A program made the position numbers and the translations under genes. Shown piece by piece: positions 7,100 to 17,004 of a DNA stretch of 33,605 nt (position 1 is its first letter; the number at the start of each line of letters is the position of its first letter). The notes beneath the pieces were generated by a model. It saw only the letters and a program-made list of their open reading frames with translations. It was not told the DNA's origin and did no database searches. The stretch is taken from the NCBI GenBank assembly GCA_046582655.1, contig JAYGDX010000075.1, forward strand, positions 1 through 33,605, in the 5' to 3' direction. Origin of the DNA: Candidatus Poribacteria bacterium (lineage in GTDB: Bacteria; Poribacteria; WGA-4E; UBA9662).

Positions 7100-9754
7100 T
7101 TAAATTTGGGCTGCAACAATTTTGGTAACAGCATTGATGGCGGTTTTCGTTTGACTTGGATCCTTGGATCCTCCTTGCGCTAGATCTGGTCTCCCGCCTC
7201 CACTTCCGCCTGCAATTTTAGTCACTTCTTTGATGATATTACCAGCTTTCAACCCATGGGAATCAACTAGGTCTGACGTCACTCCTGCAATGAATGAAAC
7301 GTCACTTCTATTGATCGATGCTATCACAACCACCCCTGAACTAAGTCGTCTTTTTAAGTTGTCAACCATGTTACGAAGTGTGCTTCTGTCAGTGTTCTCA
7401 ACAACTTTTGCTAAGACAGAGACGCCGTTGACCGAGATCACTTCATCCACTAGGGCTGCTGTTTGCGTCGTTGTCATTTTAGACCGAAGTGCTTTAATCT
7501 GTCGTTCGAGATCGCGATTTGTATCCAGCAACTTCTCAATACGTTCGGGGATTTGATCTCTCTGTAGCTTTAGTATTCCAGAAATATTTTTCAGGAGATT
7601 ACTTTCATTTTGCTGATGCAAATAGGCTGATTCGCTGGTAAGCGCTTCAATTCGGCGCGTTCCCGCTGCTATGCTACTTTCACCGGTAATTTTCACAAAA
7701 CCAATCTCACCGGTTGCGTTAATGTGTGTACCACCACATAATTCAATGCTGTAATCACCAATTTCTACCATGCGAACAATATCTCCATACTTGTCACCAA
7801 AAAAAGCGAGGGCTCCACGATCTTTGGCCTTTTGTAGAGGCATCTCGGCTATGGCGACCTGACTATTGGCTCGAATCTTTTGATTAACAAGTGCTTCGAT
7901 CTCGCAAATCTGACTATTGTTGACAGCTTCATAATGCGTGAAATCAAACCGAAGGCGTTCTGGTTCAACTAGAGATCCCGCTTGGCCAACGTGATCACCC
8001 AAAATCGTTCGTAGTGCATTGTGTAAAATGTGTGTTGTCGTATGACTGATTGCTATTTTCTGACGACGATCTCTATCGATTTGGGCGCTAACGATAATGT
8101 GCGGTGTTACATTACCATCAATCACCTTGCATCTATGTACCAATAAGTCTGGGGTTGGTTTTCGGGTGTCGATAACATTAAGCTTGCCACTTTTCGCCTC
8201 AATGGTGCCGGTATCACCAACCTGCCCACCGGATTCGCCATAAAACGGCGTTCGGCTCAGAATAACACTGACTTCATCACCTTTAGTAATTGCTGATGTC
8301 AATTCGCCTTGGCGAATAATGGCAGTAATTTCAGCCTGTGTCTGGGTAGTTTGATAGCCCAGAAACTCCGTTTTTCCCGATTCTCTGAGGATTTCGCTGA
8401 GAATTTCGCTATCGTATCCAGTTTCACCAGCAGTTTTCCAAGCTGTACGGCTTCGGTTCCGTTGTTTGTCCATGCTTCTAGAAAAGCCATCTTCATCTAC
8501 GGAAAAATTCCGTTCATTTGCCAAGACTTGTGTTAGATCTAGAGGGAACCCAAATGTATCGTAAAGTTCAAACGCCTGGTCGCCCAGTAAAACTGACTTC
8601 CCTTCAGTTTCAATTTGATTGAGTAAGCCGTCCAAAATATCGAGCCCGCGATCCAACGTTTGGTGAAAACGATGCTCTTCACCCTTTATAATCTCCTTAA
8701 TGAAATCTTGACGTGGCAGGACATTCGGAAAAACCCCCCCAAGCTGGTCAATAACAGTATCAACTAGATTAAATATAAACGGAGAACTCATGCCCAATTT
8801 TTTCCCATAAAGCACGGAACGGCGGAGGATTCGGCGCATCACATATCCACGTCCTTCATTTGAAGGCATCACGCCATCACTAATTGCAAAAGTAAGGCAC
8901 CGTACATGATCTGCAATAACACGGTGCGGCACCCCATCTCCATCGTCAGAATATCCTTGGTTAGTCAGATTGGCGATTTCATCAAGAAGAGGAATGAAGA
9001 TGTCGGTTTTGTAGTTAGAGTTAGCCCCCTGCATGATGGCAACAATCCGTTCAAACCCCATACCTGTGTCGACATGCGTTTCGGGAAGCGGATGGAGTTT
9101 ACCATTCTCGTCGCGATTGTACTGAATGAAAACAAGATTCCAGAATTCCAGAAATCGATCAGAAACGTTGATACCGTTTCTCGGCTCACCCTCAAAATTG
9201 GGGTCTGCTTCTGGTCCAAGATCAATAAAAAGCTCAGAGCATGGTCCGCATGGTCCTGTTTCTCCCATTTCCCAGAAATTTTCTTTCTCGTCAAACCGCA
9301 AAATACGATCGGCAGGGAGGTCAGTTGATTCAATCCACATTTTCTCTGCTTCGTCGTCATCAAGATAAATTGTCGCCCACAGTTTTTCCTTGGGTATTTT
9401 CCAGACCTCAGTAATCAGTTCCCAAGCGAAACTAATCGCTTCACGCTTATAATAGTCACCAAAGGACCAATTCCCAAGCATTTCGAAAAAAGTATGGTGA
9501 TGTCCATCATAGCCAACCTCTTCAAGATCATTGTGTTTCCCGCTCACGCGGATACATTTCTGGGTATCGGCAGCCCGTTTATAGTTTCTTTCACCAAGTC
9601 CCAAAAAGACGTCCTTGAACTGGTTCATACCTGCGTTAGTGAAAAGCAAGGTTGGATCGTCAATTGGAATCAGCGAACCACTCGGTACAATCACATGATC
9701 CCGTTGGTGAAAATAGTCGAGGAAACTGGCTCGAATTTGGTCAGATGTCATCAT
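7100..9754 (-). CDS. alaS: Alanine--tRNA ligase
   Basis: 884 aa; DPTLLFTNAGMNQFK, HHTFFEMLGNWSFGDYYK, DTGMGFER, editing motifs HTTTH and ELCGGTH, C-terminal GGSGGGRPDLAQGG. Confidence 0.99.
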   Translation of the reverse strand: MMTSDQIRASFLDYFHQRDHVIVPSGSLIPIDDPTLLFTNAGMNQFKDVFLGLGERNYKRAADTQKCIRVSGKHNDLEEVGYDGHHHTFFEMLGNWSFGDYYKREAISFAWELITEVWKIPKEKLWATIYLDDDEAEKMWIESTDLPADRILRFDEKENFWEMGETGPCGPCSELFIDLGPEADPNFEGEPRNGINVSDRFLEFWNLVFIQYNRDENGKLHPLPETHVDTGMGFERIVAIMQGANSNYKTDIFIPLLDEIANLTNQGYSDDGDGVPHRVIADHVRCLTFAISDGVMPSNEGRGYVMRRILRRSVLYGKKLGMSSPFIFNLVDTVIDQLGGVFPNVLPRQDFIKEIIKGEEHRFHQTLDRGLDILDGLLNQIETEGKSVLLGDQAFELYDTFGFPLDLTQVLANERNFSVDEDGFSRSMDKQRNRSRTAWKTAGETGYDSEILSEILRESGKTEFLGYQTTQTQAEITAIIRQGELTSAITKGDEVSVILSRTPFYGESGGQVGDTGTIEAKSGKLNVIDTRKPTPDLLVHRCKVIDGNVTPHIIVSAQIDRDRRQKIAISHTTTHILHNALRTILGDHVGQAGSLVEPERLRFDFTHYEAVNNSQICEIEALVNQKIRANSQVAIAEMPLQKAKDRGALAFFGDKYGDIVRMVEIGDYSIELCGGTHINATGEIGFVKITGESSIAAGTRRIEALTSESAYLHQQNESNLLKNISGILKLQRDQIPERIEKLLDTNRDLERQIKALRSKMTTTQTAALVDEVISVNGVSVLAKVVENTDRSTLRNMVDNLKRRLSSGVVVIASINRSDVSFIAGVTSDLVDSHGLKAGNIIKEVTKIAGGSGGGRPDLAQGGSKDPSQTKTAINAVTKIVAAQI

Positions 9755-9803
9755 TATCTTAGTTTATTTTTGTGTTCCGTGTCATGTAAACTATAGACCT
9801 GAA

Positions 9804-9833
9804 ATTATAACACACACGCATGAGATATTGTAA
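9804..9833 (-). promoter_or_regulatory. Sigma-70 extended -10 promoter for alaS
   Basis: Minus strand reads TGtTATAAT (-10 at 9809-9804), with a weak -35 TTACAA 18 bp upstream. Confidence 0.6.
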
Positions 9834-9849
9834 CTTCTCTTGTTCAAGT

Positions 9850-10479
9850 TCACTCTTCACATTGAGTTAGAATTTGCCATAATTCGTCGACTTTTGATTT
9901 TAATTCATCGACGGTCCCACTGTTATCAATCACAAAATCTGCATATTTGACCTTTTCGGATAGGGGCAACTGCGCCTTAATTCGAGCTTCAACTTGATGG
10001 CAATTGATTGGTCGTCCCTGATCATGACTGCGTTTGATTAGTCTCTGTTTCTGCGTATGGTTATCAGTTACCACAACAATAACCAAGTCAACCGTTTCGT
10101 GCCCATTAGCCTCGATTAAAAGCGGTGAATCGATCATGGCGATTCGATCGGGATCTCCTTCAACGAATTGAAAGGCAGAATGTCTCGACTCCTGCAAGAT
10201 AACAGGATGCATGATGGCATCAAGCTGTTTACGCGCTTTAGGATCTGTGAAAACTATATCCCCTAATTTGGAGCGGCTAACCTTGCCGTCATCGTTAAGA
10301 ATTGTTGGGCCAAATGTTGCCACCAATTGACTGACAGAACTCGTATTCTGCAGGAGTTGATGCCCAACCTGATCAAGATCAATAATAAATGCACCTCTTT
10401 GAGCAAAAAACTGGCATACGACTGACTTGCCACATGCGATTCCCCCGGTTACACCGATAATCTTGCCACGACCAGTCAA
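9850..10479 (-). CDS. coaE: Dephospho-CoA kinase
   Basis: IIGVTGGIACGKS P-loop, LGDIVF, HPVI, PLLIE, ADFVIDNSG; TTG start at 10479 overlaps the upstream stop (TTGA); the ORF is open to 10554. Confidence 0.95.
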   Translation of the reverse strand: MTGRGKIIGVTGGIACGKSVVCQFFAQRGAFIIDLDQVGHQLLQNTSSVSQLVATFGPTILNDDGKVSRSKLGDIVFTDPKARKQLDAIMHPVILQESRHSAFQFVEGDPDRIAMIDSPLLIEANGHETVDLVIVVVTDNHTQKQRLIKRSHDQGRPINCHQVEARIKAQLPLSEKVKYADFVIDNSGTVDELKSKVDELWQILTQCEE

Positions 10480-12308
10480 TTCTGTTTTCCCATATAATAA
10501 ATTGTCCATTCTGTAACCAGCAGAAGCAGTGAAAAGATGGCGATAGAATGCCAAATTTCGACGTACACCATCTGTTCTTGCGTTTCTCCCACCAATACTT
10601 GTTGCTTTGGGGGTGATTTTTCCGTCAGGCTTGATTCAGTAGCATTTAACAAATTTACCGCAAATCTACCGAAGGGTTGATCACCTACAGAGACAGTATA
10701 AATACCGACTTGAGAAGTATTGGTGAAAATGGGCGTAGTTGTTAGATTTAAGTTTGCACCATTGGGCAATAGAACTGAAATGGATTTACCTCCTTCCAAA
10801 TTAAGATGGAATTTTACGGGTTCCCCAGTTCGGACTAAATCAGGCTGAATTTTGGTCTTTGGCGGGATCAACCAATCAAGACATTGTGAAATTAGCATTG
10901 GTGCTGCCGGAATCGAGATCGCAAATGGTGATAGTTGAAGGTCGAATGGATCAAAATTAAAGACGATGAGTCTTTGATTGTTCCATTGCCCGTGCCATAC
11001 CAACGGACCAAGATCTGCCTCGATCAGTGGAACACCCCATATGGGGAGGTTCCCAATCAACATTTTCTGGATTTCTATGTCAAGCTGAGGAATGTCACGT
11101 AAAACGGGATGTGTCCTATCTTGGCCAATTACGTGTGCAGGACTTTCGCTCTCAACGAATTTTGCCAATGGGAAATTATTTGGAGGAGCAAGAACAATCA
11201 TATTTCCAACCGGCAATACCGATGGCATAGACTGATCAAAGATAACGATATCACCATAGCCGTGATAATCTTGCATGTTTGTTTGGTTAAATTCGATATT
11301 CGGATTTGTCTTTAGCATTTGAATTAACAAGAATGGTTTTCGGTTAGTTACAAGCACCACCTGCGGTTTGACAATCGGATGTAATATCGCCGAAGCACTA
11401 TTATCTACTGAAAGCGCATCATCAAGGTCAAACAGGACTGTCACAACATGACCATCAAGGCCTGCATCTTCCAGCGTAAACACAATTTCTTTTGATCTCT
11501 TACCCGCAGGCATTCGTACAGGTTGATCATCAATCCAGTTACCTTCAATTTCTAGACGAATCTTAAAATCTTTGCTTATTTCAGAAAAGTTCTGCAAAAC
11601 AGCAAAGATGATGATCTGGGAAGGTCGATCCAAGTTACGCGTTACATTAAATTTCACAATCGCAACATTATCAAGGCGCTTACCAATCGGGATCATCTGA
11701 AGATTTTTAAGCTCAAGGTTCGTTAGCCCATCAAAATTATCTGAAACAATAAAGACTTGTGTGTCAACAGTTTGGTAGTTGCTAACAGCAGATAGCACTG
11801 ATTTTAAACGGCTTGACGTATGCTGTACCGAAAGTTGATTGATTGTAGATCTTAGTTTTGTTTTGTCAGACGTAAATGGAGATCGGATGTTTGGGGGGAT
11901 GGACGTGTCCAGAATCATTATTCGGCAGTCAGGGGGGAGTTGATTGATCAACCTCAAGGATTCCGACTTGGCCAAATCGAAGCGTGTTTTACCATTGTGT
12001 TTGGCGTTCATGCTTGCCGATGTCTCGATAATGAGAATCGCCTGATCTGAATTTTCTAGTGGTCGGTAAAGCACCGGACGGGCAATGCTGCCAATGACCG
12101 TCAGCAAGAAAAGTATTTGAAGCGGCAATGATAAGGGGATTTTAAGCTTTTGGAATGGGACGTTTGTTTGTGTTTCCTCACACGCGGATAGCCACATTTG
12201 TACACTTGGTACAATCTGTTGCTGCCGTCGGAGTTTCAAAAAATGTAATAGTACCACAATCGGAATCAATGCCAGTAAAGAAAAGGCTGACGGATTGAGG
12301 AATCGCAT
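10476..12308 (-). CDS. BatA N-terminal and von Willebrand factor A domain membrane protein
   Basis: MRFLNP..LLALIPIVVLLHFLK..VPS (BatA/double-TM N-terminus); MIDAS-like IETSASM, TRFDLAK, IVSD; DDALSVDN; FAVNL..ES; C-terminal TM LLLVTEW. Confidence 0.88.
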   Translation of the reverse strand: MRFLNPSAFSLLALIPIVVLLHFLKLRRQQQIVPSVQMWLSACEETQTNVPFQKLKIPLSLPLQILFLLTVIGSIARPVLYRPLENSDQAILIIETSASMNAKHNGKTRFDLAKSESLRLINQLPPDCRIMILDTSIPPNIRSPFTSDKTKLRSTINQLSVQHTSSRLKSVLSAVSNYQTVDTQVFIVSDNFDGLTNLELKNLQMIPIGKRLDNVAIVKFNVTRNLDRPSQIIIFAVLQNFSEISKDFKIRLEIEGNWIDDQPVRMPAGKRSKEIVFTLEDAGLDGHVVTVLFDLDDALSVDNSASAILHPIVKPQVVLVTNRKPFLLIQMLKTNPNIEFNQTNMQDYHGYGDIVIFDQSMPSVLPVGNMIVLAPPNNFPLAKFVESESPAHVIGQDRTHPVLRDIPQLDIEIQKMLIGNLPIWGVPLIEADLGPLVWHGQWNNQRLIVFNFDPFDLQLSPFAISIPAAPMLISQCLDWLIPPKTKIQPDLVRTGEPVKFHLNLEGGKSISVLLPNGANLNLTTTPIFTNTSQVGIYTVSVGDQPFGRFAVNLLNATESSLTEKSPPKQQVLVGETQEQMVYVEIWHSIAIFSLLLLVTEWTIYYMGKQN

Positions 12309-12320
12309 TTTTTTTAAGCG

Positions 12321-12383
12321 GACGCATCGTCGTTTGATTCACCTGCCTCGTTTTGCTGGTTAACTGCACGCAGACGCATCGTC
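12321..12383. promoter_or_regulatory. Pair of identical 11-bp quasi-palindromes, candidate operator
   Basis: GACGCATCGTC at 12321-12331 and 12373-12383, 52 bp apart, in the spacer upstream of the vWA gene. Confidence 0.55.
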
Positions 12384-12416
12384 TTTACGTTATTTTCAGT
12401 ATTCTGATGATCATCT

Positions 12417-12782
12417 TTAATCCGAAAGTTTTTCGCGTATCTCTTCGGAATCGATGCGGCCAACTTCACCATACTCCGTCAGTTTAAGACAATGCCGTTC
12501 GACTTTATCGACAAGCCCTTGTTCAAAGTAGATTGTGGCCAGATTCTTGTGCATTTCGCGAAAAACACCAGGCCAATGACGTGCACCTTCCATATCCACA
12601 AGTTTGGTGGCGGATGCGATAGCGGTATTAACGATTTCATCAAGCTGCTCTTTCTTTTGTCCCTTAAACTCGTTCGGATCCGCATTATATGCTCGCAGTT
12701 GATCTATTGCTTTATCGCACTGATTATATGTTGTTTCTATGCCAATGGATCCTTCAAACACCTTTGCCAGAAACTTAAACAC
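12417..12782 (-). CDS. Hypothetical alpha-helical protein with a possible TPR-like C-terminal hairpin
   Basis: GTG at 12782 follows a strong AAGGGAGGG RBS (ORF open to 12806); EMHKNLATIYFEQG is TPR-like. Confidence 0.7.
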   Translation of the reverse strand: MFKFLAKVFEGSIGIETTYNQCDKAIDQLRAYNADPNEFKGQKKEQLDEIVNTAIASATKLVDMEGARHWPGVFREMHKNLATIYFEQGLVDKVERHCLKLTEYGEVGRIDSEEIREKLSD

Positions 12783-12859
12783 AACTTGGTACCCTCCCTT
12801 ATCCAAAATCGTTTAAATTATATCAGAGTACACGTAAATTAAGCAACGGAACATTTGTC

Positions 12860-12889
12860 TTGACCCCTTGATTGCTTATGCGTTATAGT
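12860..12889 (+). promoter_or_regulatory. Sigma-70 promoter for the PfkB kinase
   Basis: TTGACC-18 bp-TATAGT. Confidence 0.55.
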
Positions 12890-12918
12890 AATCAAAAAAG
12901 GTAGAAGGCAAACGATAA

Positions 12919-13962
12919 ATGTATGATCTGGTGACGTTTGGAGAAGCAATGGTTCGTCTGGTTTCTCCTGATTTCATGCGCTTGGAGAACGCAACCACCT
13001 TGCTAGCAACAGCCGGTGGTGCAGAGTTGAATGTTGCTGTCAACAGCGCAAATATAGGCTTGAAAACAGCGTGGGTTTCTCGACTTGTTGACAATTGGTC
13101 TGGACGCTTTATTCGCAATAAAGGCCGTGAGTTAGGTGTTGATGTTTCTCATATCATATGGACAGATTTTGACGGTGTTGGTCGTGAGCGCAACGGTTTT
13201 TATCATTTAGAATTGGGTGCGGGGCCACGTGCTAGCAATGTGACCTACGATCGTGGATATACTGCCATATCCAATATTCAACTGGGAGAGGTCGATTGGG
13301 CTTCCATATTTGCCGGTGCGAAATGGTTTCATCTAAGTGGGATTACGCCGGCACTATCAGAATCAACTGCTGCTGTCTCAAAGGAGGCGTTAGAAACAGC
13401 TCGATCAATAGGACTTGAGACCAGCTACGATTTGAATTTTCGATCGAAGTTGTGGAGTCCGGAAGAAGCCCAAGCAGTTAACCAAGATTTGGTGAAATTT
13501 GTTACAGTTTTAATTGGAAATGAAGAAGATTTTGAAAAATCGCTTGGCTTCAAAGCAGAAGGCACGACAGAAGATTTTTCCAAGTTGGATCCTGAGAGTT
13601 ATAAGGAAATTGTACTCCGTGTTGCTGAAACCTACCCAAACGTGAAGAAAATTGGGACAACGCTGCGTGATGCTAAAACTGGTTGGCTGAATGATTGGAG
13701 AACGCTGCTTTTCGACGGCAGAGAGTTTTACCTGTCGCAGATTTATAAAGATTTGGAATTAGTTGATCGAGTAGGAGGAGGCGATAGTTTCTCCTCAGGG
13801 TTGATTTATAGCCTGCTTCAAGGAAAGAAAGCACAGGAAGCCGTCGATTTCGCCGGGGCATACTCAGCACTCGCCCACACTTTCCCAGGTGATTTTAACT
13901 GGGCAACTATAGAAGAAGCCGAAAAGGCAATGCAATCAGGAAGCGTCCGGATTAGCCGGTAG
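12919..13962 (+). CDS. kdgK: PfkB family sugar kinase, 2-keto-3-deoxygluconate kinase-like
   Basis: VTFGEAMVRL, GGAELNVA, WFHLSGITPALS, SYDLNFRSKLWS, DRVGGGDSF, PGDFN. Confidence 0.85.
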   Translation: MYDLVTFGEAMVRLVSPDFMRLENATTLLATAGGAELNVAVNSANIGLKTAWVSRLVDNWSGRFIRNKGRELGVDVSHIIWTDFDGVGRERNGFYHLELGAGPRASNVTYDRGYTAISNIQLGEVDWASIFAGAKWFHLSGITPALSESTAAVSKEALETARSIGLETSYDLNFRSKLWSPEEAQAVNQDLVKFVTVLIGNEEDFEKSLGFKAEGTTEDFSKLDPESYKEIVLRVAETYPNVKKIGTTLRDAKTGWLNDWRTLLFDGREFYLSQIYKDLELVDRVGGGDSFSSGLIYSLLQGKKAQEAVDFAGAYSALAHTFPGDFNWATIEEAEKAMQSGSVRISR

Positions 13963-14048
13963 GGAAAGCACACCTTCCGTTGCAACACAGCTAGAGAGTG
14001 AATTTTGCTGCGTTTAGAACATTTGCCAGTAATGATCAGATAATTGGA

Positions 14049-14828
14049 TTACCAAAGAATTGGTTTTCCACCAGCTCTCACAAGCGGGCGGTCAGGTTTC
14101 ATCAGAATTTCAGGCACAACACGTCCGGGAATTTTCTCCGGCAGAAGTTGGTGGCCGATCTGGCTGATCATATGCTGTCGAATGTCGGCGCGTATTTGAT
14201 CTTCGGCAACTCGGCTGTACTCTTTTGCAGGATCTTGGGTTTGAAATTCCCGGATGTACTTTGTATATCCTGTAAACCCTTTTCCCTTATCTTCTCCGTT
14301 TAGCCAGATCGCGTTGCCAGATTGTGTGTCAATAACTTTGACCGTAATATTTAATGTCGCCTGCTGATAAACGAGAATAAATCTTGTCGTTCCAGAGATT
14401 CCGGCTTGATTACTCATATCAAAAACTGGATTGTTGTCCATCCATTCTTTAATTCTCGGATTTGCAATGTGACCGACAACGATTAGATCGGCATTCAGTT
14501 CTTTTCCAATTTTAGCTGCCAGTGCCGAATCCATAAAGATATCATTTGGTTCAAGCCCTTGGTTGCTGAGTGAATCACCGACTGGACTTAGCGTATCCGA
14601 TTGATCGTAAATCCATTCCCGATCCTTTTCAGCGATACTCAGTCTGGTAGCGAGATCCAATGGGAACCGGCGTTCCATATCAGCAGAATCCTCCTCGGTT
14701 GCAAAAGGAGCGATGGCAATTCGTTTGTGGCTTTCCTTTAACTCTATTGGCAATACTGGCTTTGAACACCCAATGAAAAACACGGTTGTAAACAGCGTCA
14801 GGACGGCAAAGACTACAGTTTTCTTCAT
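14049..14828 (-). CDS. Lipoprotein with a CsgG/LpoB/TolB-N-like fold
   Basis: Lipobox FIGC; RIAIAPF, AAKIGKELNADLIVVGHI, VKVIDTQSGNAIW; GAGGAG RBS. Confidence 0.75.
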   Translation of the reverse strand: MKKTVVFAVLTLFTTVFFIGCSKPVLPIELKESHKRIAIAPFATEEDSADMERRFPLDLATRLSIAEKDREWIYDQSDTLSPVGDSLSNQGLEPNDIFMDSALAAKIGKELNADLIVVGHIANPRIKEWMDNNPVFDMSNQAGISGTTRFILVYQQATLNITVKVIDTQSGNAIWLNGEDKGKGFTGYTKYIREFQTQDPAKEYSRVAEDQIRADIRQHMISQIGHQLLPEKIPGRVVPEILMKPDRPLVRAGGKPILW

Positions 14829-14861
14829 TATCGAGAACTCCTCAAATTTTGCGATTCTAGG

Positions 14862-14890
14862 ATTATAGCACGTCTGAACTTTTATGTCAA
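14862..14890 (-). promoter_or_regulatory. Perfect-consensus sigma-70 promoter for the CsgG-like lipoprotein
   Basis: Minus strand TTGACA (14890-14885), 17 bp, TATAAT (14867-14862), with extended -10 TG. Confidence 0.85.
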
Positions 14891-14916
14891 TACTTGATAA
14901 TTCAAGGTGGATTTAG

Positions 14917-16971
14917 ATGAAACTCCCAATAAATAAAATAAGAAATATTGGGATTGCAGCCCACATCGATGCTGGAAAAACTACCACAACTGAACGCATT
15001 CTATTCTATACAGGGAAAAAACATAAGATCGGTTCTGTTGACGATGGTACAACCGAGATGGACTGGATGGATCAGGAACGCGAACATGGTATTACCATCA
15101 CCGCCGCGGCAACAACCTGCTTCTGGCAGGGTCACGAAATTCATTTGATCGACACGCCTGGACACGTAGATTTCACCGTCGAAGTTGAACGTTCGTTTCG
15201 TGTACTTGATGGTGCGGTCGCACTTTTTTGTGCAGTAGGAGGTGTAGAACCGCAATCTGAAACGGTTTGGCGACAGGCTGACCGCTATAAGGTTCCTCGA
15301 ATTGCCTTCATCAACAAAATGGACCGTGTCGGTGCAAATTTCTTCCGGGTAATAGACATGATGTCGGATCTGTTGACTACCGTACCGCTACCTATCCAAA
15401 TCCCAATTGGATCGGGCGATGAATTTGAAGGGGTCATAGATCTAATCAAAATGAAAGCACTTTATTGGAACATGAATGATCAGGGACAAACCTTTCAAGT
15501 TTGCGATATTCCGTCTGCTATGAAAGATGAAGCCGAGTCAGCACATGAAGCTATGATTGAGGAGATTGCCAACCAAGATGAGGAATTACTAGAAAAGTAC
15601 CTGGAGAATGAAAATATTAGCGAAGATCTGATTAAAAGTGCGATTCGGTCTGGCACATTAGCAAACGATTTTTTCCCAATTATGTGCGGCGCGTCGCTTA
15701 GGAATGTCGGCGTTCATCCGCTAATCGATGCCATCGTTGATTTCCTGCCTTCTCCTAAGGAAGTTCCTGCTATCGAAGGAATAGTCCCCAAAACCGAGAA
15801 GGTAGAAAAACGCGAGCCGGAAGAAGACCAGCCGTTTTCTGCTCTAGCTTTCAAAGTTGCAAGTGATCGCAATGTTGATAAGATTGTTTATTGCAGACTA
15901 TATTCAGGAGTACTCAAAAAAGGACAGGTTGTTTTAAATGTTGGTAAAAATAAGAAGGAACGCGTGATGCGCATCCTACAGATTCATGCAAATAAAAAGG
16001 AAAACTGTGATCAGGCATATCCCGGAGATATCGTTGCGCTTGTTGGCTTGAAGGATACAACAACAGGGGATACATTGACCAATCAGAAGTATCCTGTGCT
16101 ACTTGAATCGATTGTTTTTCCCGAGCCGGTTATTTCGGTAGCTATTGAACCAAAATCTGAAAGTGACAAGAGCAAGTTGGAATCAACCATCCAAATCTTG
16201 ATGGAAGAGGATCCAACCTTCACTATGGAGATCGACGAGGAAACCGGACAGCGTATCATCTCCGGCATGGGTGAACTTCACCTCGAAATTTTGACTGATC
16301 GGATGTTCCATGAGTTCGGTGTCAACGCACGTGTTGGAAATTTACAGGTTGCTTACCGTGAAACAATAAGTGCTGTTTCCAAGGGGCGGGGGAAGCACAT
16401 TCACAAAACTGAAAATCAAGGCATTTACGGGGATGTGATACTACGGGTAGAACCGCTACCAGATATGGTTGGATTCGAGTTTGTTGATGCCAATAACGGT
16501 ACGCAGATTCCGCCCTTGTATGTGCCGACCATAGAAAAGGCGGTGAAAGTTGCGATGCAAAATGGTGTCCTGTCCGGTTATCCGATTCAAGGTGTAAAAG
16601 TCACTTTACTCGGTGGATCCTATCACGAAACAGACTCGTCAGAAATTGCCTTTGAAGCAGCTGCCACTGCAGCACTTGATGATGCTGTTCGCAAAGCAGA
16701 TCCGATACTGCTTGAGCCCGTTATGCAAATACAAGTGACCACACCAGTTGAACACGCAGGCCAAGTAATCAGTGATCTCAATTCTCGTCGGGCACGAATT
16801 AGCCAAACTGAAGATGAAGGACAAGTGGAGATAATTTCTGCAACCATATCGCTTTCAGAAACATTTAAATATACAACAGATTTGCGATCAATGACAAAAG
16901 GGCGTGGTACATTTACCATGGAATTTTACCAGTATCAGCCGCTTTCGTCCGGAAAACTGAATGGAACATAA
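14917..16971 (+). CDS. fusA: Elongation factor G, stand-alone divergent paralog
   Basis: [53 protein letters not shown]; no rpsL, rpsG or tuf neighbours. Confidence 0.95.
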   Translation: MKLPINKIRNIGIAAHIDAGKTTTTERILFYTGKKHKIGSVDDGTTEMDWMDQEREHGITITAAATTCFWQGHEIHLIDTPGHVDFTVEVERSFRVLDGAVALFCAVGGVEPQSETVWRQADRYKVPRIAFINKMDRVGANFFRVIDMMSDLLTTVPLPIQIPIGSGDEFEGVIDLIKMKALYWNMNDQGQTFQVCDIPSAMKDEAESAHEAMIEEIANQDEELLEKYLENENISEDLIKSAIRSGTLANDFFPIMCGASLRNVGVHPLIDAIVDFLPSPKEVPAIEGIVPKTEKVEKREPEEDQPFSALAFKVASDRNVDKIVYCRLYSGVLKKGQVVLNVGKNKKERVMRILQIHANKKENCDQAYPGDIVALVGLKDTTTGDTLTNQKYPVLLESIVFPEPVISVAIEPKSESDKSKLESTIQILMEEDPTFTMEIDEETGQRIISGMGELHLEILTDRMFHEFGVNARVGNLQVAYRETISAVSKGRGKHIHKTENQGIYGDVILRVEPLPDMVGFEFVDANNGTQIPPLYVPTIEKAVKVAMQNGVLSGYPIQGVKVTLLGGSYHETDSSEIAFEAAATAALDDAVRKADPILLEPVMQIQVTTPVEHAGQVISDLNSRRARISQTEDEGQVEIISATISLSETFKYTTDLRSMTKGRGTFTMEFYQYQPLSSGKLNGT

Positions 16972-17004
16972 ATCGCCTGGATATCTAGGTTCTGAGGGCA
17001 TGAT

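Noticed and set aside
7164..9796. Several 65-140 aa ORFs overlapping alaS, and similar ones within fusA, argD, the DUF4159 gene and the enolases
   Set aside because: Antisense or off-frame shadows of well-conserved genes, with no recognisable motifs
9755..9849. T-box leader upstream of alaS
   Set aside because: The spacer is under 100 bp and has no T-box sequence or terminator
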